Assembly: GCA_041651055.1 (NCBI GenBank)
Contig: JBAZJW010000001.1
Coordinates: 691,702-755,701 of the forward strand
Direction of reading: 5' to 3'
Length of the DNA stretch: 64,000 bases
Source of the DNA: Minisyncoccota bacterium
GTDB taxonomy: Bacteria; Patescibacteriota; Minisyncoccia; Phycocordibacterales; UBA5272
A program made the position numbers and the translations under genes. The notes under the pieces were generated by a model. The model saw nothing but the letters and a program-made list of their open reading frames with translations, was not told the DNA's origin and ran no database searches. Shown here one piece after another: positions 60,581-64,000 of this stretch (positions within the stretch are counted from its first letter, which is position 1; each line of letters begins with the position of its first letter).

Positions 60581-61882
60581 ATGAAAGATCTCATCAAACC
60601 ATTCATTGTTCGACTTCTCACATGGGAAGCAGAGCTTGTCCTTGCAAAGCACAAACCCTTCATCATTGGTGTGACGGGGAATCTCGGCAAGACGTCTACC
60701 AAGGATGCGATCTACGCCGTCATGAAGCAGCATTTTTACGTGCGTCGGAGTGAAAAAAGTATGAATAGCGAATTCGGTGTGCCTCTCACCATCTTGGGTG
60801 AAAAGTCCGGATGGAATAGCCCTCTTCACTGGGCGGTTATTCTTGTTCGTGGATTCTTCACAGTCTGGCAAAAGAATTATCCGACTCATCTCGTTTTAGA
60901 AATCGGTGCTGATAGACCGGGGGACATACAGTCTATTGCTTCATGGCTTCATCCAGATATTTGTGTAGTCACACAGTTCGGCCAAGTGCCGGTGCATATT
61001 GAGTTTTTTGAAAATAGAGATGCAGTTGTTGCAGAGAAAGCATATCTTGTACAGGCTTTGAAAGAGAGTGGTCTATTTATTTACAATGCTGATGATCATG
61101 ATGGTCAAAAGTTGGCGGGTGTGACGACGTCTCGAAAAGTAAGTGTTGGTATTCATGATGTTGCCGATATAAAGGCAGAGAATGTGAAAGTATACGGTTC
61201 ACCTTTTGCAGGAACAGAGGCGGATGTGACGATTGACGGGGCTGTTCATCACCTTGTTCTTCCTGAAGTGATAGGGAAGTCTTCTGTGTATTCGGCACTT
61301 CCAGCGCTTGCGGTGGCTCGTGAACTTTCTATTCCGCTTGAAGTGGCCTGTGCCGCTCTTCGTGATGCCGATAAACCAAAAGGTCGCATGCGACTACTTT
61401 CAGGAATGAACGGGTCAATCATTATTGATGACACCTACAATGCTTCACCGAAAGCGACAGAGCATGGACTAAAGACATTGGGTGAATTAGACCTTTCGAA
61501 TTCCTCAAGGCAAACATACGGCCGAAAGATTGCTGTCCTAGGAGATATGCTTGAGCTCGGTCAGTACACACGTGATGAACATTACAAAATAGGGCAAGAA
61601 GCCGCGAAGGCATGCCACAAGCTCTACACGGTTGGCATACGAGCACGTGTAATGGCAGAAGGTGCACTCGACGCAGGCATGTCAGATGAAAATATTATGC
61701 AGTGTGACTCATCGATTGATGCCGGTAAAGAATTGGTGCAAGTACTAGCTGAAGGGGACGTAGTGTATATGAAAGGATCTCAAGGTGTGCGTATGGAACG
61801 TGCTGTGAAGATGATATTGGCGGAGACTCATAATCCTAAATCTGTTTTAGTTCGCCAAGAAAAACAATGGCTCCACAGATAG
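60581..61882 (+). CDS. murF: UDP-MurNAc-tripeptide-D-Ala-D-Ala ligase
   Basis: GVTGNLGKTSTK, NSEFGVPLT, DDTYNASP, LGDMLELG, KGSQGVRME. Confidence 0.93.
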   Translation: MKDLIKPFIVRLLTWEAELVLAKHKPFIIGVTGNLGKTSTKDAIYAVMKQHFYVRRSEKSMNSEFGVPLTILGEKSGWNSPLHWAVILVRGFFTVWQKNYPTHLVLEIGADRPGDIQSIASWLHPDICVVTQFGQVPVHIEFFENRDAVVAEKAYLVQALKESGLFIYNADDHDGQKLAGVTTSRKVSVGIHDVADIKAENVKVYGSPFAGTEADVTIDGAVHHLVLPEVIGKSSVYSALPALAVARELSIPLEVACAALRDADKPKGRMRLLSGMNGSIIIDDTYNASPKATEHGLKTLGELDLSNSSRQTYGRKIAVLGDMLELGQYTRDEHYKIGQEAAKACHKLYTVGIRARVMAEGALDAGMSDENIMQCDSSIDAGKELVQVLAEGDVVYMKGSQGVRMERAVKMILAETHNPKSVLVRQEKQWLHR

Positions 61883-62000
61883 ATCTGAATATTTAGCGCA
61901 TCACTTTGTTTCTTCAAGATGTTGGCTTGTTAACAATGTTATATGTATTGCCCAGGCACACTCCACCCTCTTGTTTTACGTAGAGCCCCCTCTAAGTTGC

Positions 62001-62144
62001 CTACCGTTTCTTGCTCGAAGCCTTTCTGCATTTACTGCTACAGAACTTTACACTTTCCCAGTCCTCACGTTCCTTAAAGCTCTTCATGGTATTGAGATCT
62101 ATTTTACAAACAACACATTTCTTATCTATTTTTTGAGTGGTCAT
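62001..62144 (-). CDS. DUF2256-like small Cys protein (47 aa, not in ORF track)
   Basis: MTTQKIDKKCVVC...DWESVKFCSSKCRK; TATACT 6 nt before ATG. Confidence 0.7.
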   Translation of the reverse strand: MTTQKIDKKCVVCKIDLNTMKSFKEREDWESVKFCSSKCRKASSKKR

Positions 62145-62249
62145 GAAGATAGTATACAGTTTTCAGTCGACAGTTTACAGCGAATGCTTTTCCGTGCAAA
62201 ATAGGGGATTTGGCATTTCAAGAATGAAGCAAACAGAAATGAAACCATA

Positions 62250-62462
62250 TTATTTCAAATATCTAGAATTATCTTTCTCACAGTCATTTCTTGATGGATA
62301 GATTTTTTCAAATAATTCTGGGCGAGTTTTTCTTACCTCTTTCATTCTAAAAAAACATTTCTTACTGTAATAATCAAAATAATAAAAACTTGATTTTTTA
62401 AATAAAAAATAGGTTCCTGATAAAATAAAGACACCAATCAGCAAGTATGTTACTTTTTTCAT
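62250..62462 (-). CDS. Hypothetical small membrane-anchored protein
   Basis: 70 aa, N-terminal TM, very AT-rich, between 19-bp direct repeats. Confidence 0.55.
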   Translation of the reverse strand: MKKVTYLLIGVFILSGTYFLFKKSSFYYFDYYSKKCFFRMKEVRKTRPELFEKIYPSRNDCEKDNSRYLK

Positions 62463-62572
62463 ATATTACAGAATTGATTATATCATGCGACCTTGCGATG
62501 GATGCGCAGGGTCGACTAAAATACAGCTCAGTGCAAAATAGGGGATTTGTGCTATAATTTTCTTACTTTATC

Positions 62573-62644
62573 GGCCTTATCGTCTATCGGTTAGGACACA
62601 GGCTTCTCATGCCTGGAAGCGGAGTTCGATTCTCCGTAAGGTCA
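62573..62644 (+). tRNA. tRNA-Glu(CTC)
   Basis: GGCCTTA/TAAGGTC acceptor, CAGGC-TT-CTC-AT-GCCTG, GTTCGATTC T-loop. Confidence 0.94.
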
Positions 62645-62792
62645 CATCAACAAAAATACACAGGTTCTTCCTGTGTATTTTTGTTGACTGTGATCAGTAG
62701 AAGCAAACCACCTGCGTGGTTTGCGGGAGAATCGAATACGGGGTCGCGGAACTACTTCGAGCAAAGCGAGGTAGTTCTGTGACCGGTTCTCC
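62645..62792 (+). other. Structured tRNA-trailer element, Glu copy
   Basis: Same module order and loops as 52581-52765, with different, compensating stems. Confidence 0.75.
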
Positions 62793-63068
62793 TCACGTTG
62801 TATTTGGCACTCCATTTCCACCCCAAAATCCAAAAAAGTCACCTAAAGTCTAGTTTCCTGAAATACCTTGGTATATAACCCTTATTTATGTCCTTTATAT
62901 TGACAAATAGGCTATTTCCGTGTTGTAATACTTGACAAAGGGGTCAGAATTTGCTATGATTAGAACACAGAAGAGTTGAAGTGTAAATACCAGAGTTTCT
63001 CAGGTATTTTTATTTTAGCTCAAAGTTATACAGACGTGGTTCGTTTTGGAGAGCGTAACTCCTAAACT

Positions 63069-63605
63069 ATGATCAAAAACATTTACAAGGTTAGCCAGAT
63101 GCTTGCGTTTGTGCCATTCATGGCCATCCCAAGTATCTCACTTGCCTCACATATTGGTTCACTTGACGCGACTCCTGTAACAAAGGCAGAAGTATCAGTG
63201 AACGATCTCCGTCAGCAGAAAGCCGATGCCATCGATAGTTACTTTAAGGAACGCTCAATGCCCCTTTTAGGAACTGGTATGACATTCGTGCTTGTAGCAG
63301 AAAAATATGGACTGGACTGGAGACTTCTTCCAGCCATTGGTGTTCGCGAATCTTCAGGTGGTAAAGCTGCTTGTGGATACAACCCATTCGGTTGGGGGTC
63401 ATGTAAGCTAAGTAACTTCTCAAGTTACGAGCAGGCTATTGAATCCCTTGGCCGAAACCTAGGTGGAGCCAACCCAAAGACAGCTCGTTACTATGCTGGT
63501 AAATCTACAATGGAAAAGTTGTATCACTATAACGGTACTGTTGTTGAATCATATCCAGACGAAGTTGCTAGTATTATGAATAAAGTTGAGACGTATATGA
63601 ATTAA
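63069..63605 (+). CDS. Secreted lysozyme-fold (glucosaminidase/SLT-like) protein
   Basis: Signal-like N-terminus; AEKYGLDWRLLPAIGVRESSGG, NPFGWG. Confidence 0.8.
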   Translation: MIKNIYKVSQMLAFVPFMAIPSISLASHIGSLDATPVTKAEVSVNDLRQQKADAIDSYFKERSMPLLGTGMTFVLVAEKYGLDWRLLPAIGVRESSGGKAACGYNPFGWGSCKLSNFSSYEQAIESLGRNLGGANPKTARYYAGKSTMEKLYHYNGTVVESYPDEVASIMNKVETYMN

Positions 63606-63746
63606 AAACCGTATAGTGTCTCATGCTCAATACCAGAGTAACCATTAAGGTAAATCAAACAGCAAAAGCGCGTCCGCAAGGTCGCGCTTTTGTTTTAATC
63701 TAAAGCATTCCTCGATGCTATACGGTGGTCCACTGAATTTATATGT

Positions 63747-63807
63747 GTCACCCCAATGAAAATTGGGGTCCAGTGTCCACTGGATTCCAAATCGAGTTTG
63801 GAATGAC
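63747..63807. repeat. REP-like paired palindrome related to the one inside tag
   Basis: gtca-cccca..tgggg-tccag ... ctgga-ttcca..tggaa-tgac. Confidence 0.75.
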
Positions 63808-63838
63808 ACAGAAGAGGACTTCTTGGCAACAGTATTTC

Positions 63839-64000
63839 TTAATCCTTTTTCTTGTCCAATTTATCGAGACCAAGTTTCTTTACACCAAAATAAACAACAG
63901 CCGCGATGACACAAAAGTTTATGAAAGTTGTGAAGAGTGCTCCGTACTTAATGGTCGCTCCGAGAAAAATAACAGAGGATTGTGTTATTCCTTGCGCTTG
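63839..64000 (-). CDS. mscL: 3' part of large-conductance mechanosensitive channel MscL (partial)
   Basis: ...GATIKYGALFTTFINFCVIAAVVYFGVKKLGLDKLDKKKD*. Confidence 0.7.
   Translation of the reverse strand, partial: QAQGITQSSVIFLGATIKYGALFTTFINFCVIAAVVYFGVKKLGLDKLDKKKD

Noticed and set aside
62986-63655. AATACCAGAGT hairpin-like motif on both sides of the lysozyme-like gene as a riboswitch or att site
   Set aside because: Only ~11 bp are shared and no riboswitch consensus is recognisable.

Overview
Chromosomal segment of a small-genome bacterium, most likely Parcubacteria/Patescibacteria (CPR). This is inferred from trimmed core proteins and SD-less genes; TGA is used as stop, so code 11. 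It encodes translation genes (rplY end, rpmE, prfA, rpsB, tsf, pheST, thrS, valS, typA, lepA), cell-wall genes (murC, murD, murF, murJ, two lytic enzymes, a GT2), gyrB, secA, a lemA-htpX-lemA-TPM cluster, a class III RNR operon with its own Fe-S assembly genes, repair/house-cleaning genes, five tRNAs, RNase P RNA and a candidate 6S-like RNA. I saw no transposase, integrase, reverse transcriptase or CRISPR array. The strongest unexplained signal is non-coding. (i) tRNA-Arg and tRNA-Glu share a structured trailer with covarying stems, conserved loops and an antisense segment that matches each host tRNA. (ii) tRNA-Ser and tRNA-Phe are surrounded by fragmentary tRNA copies and nested hairpins. (iii) A 7-member family of ~120-nt hairpins sits at gene 3' ends, with outer arms pairing with the upstream gene's stop region. 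(iv) REP-like and 7-mer-periodic repeats have entered coding sequences and RNase P RNA. A SET-domain methyltransferase also lies just upstream of an uncalled 37-aa histone-H1-like peptide gene. All calls are by-eye motif recognition; no searches or folding programs were run.
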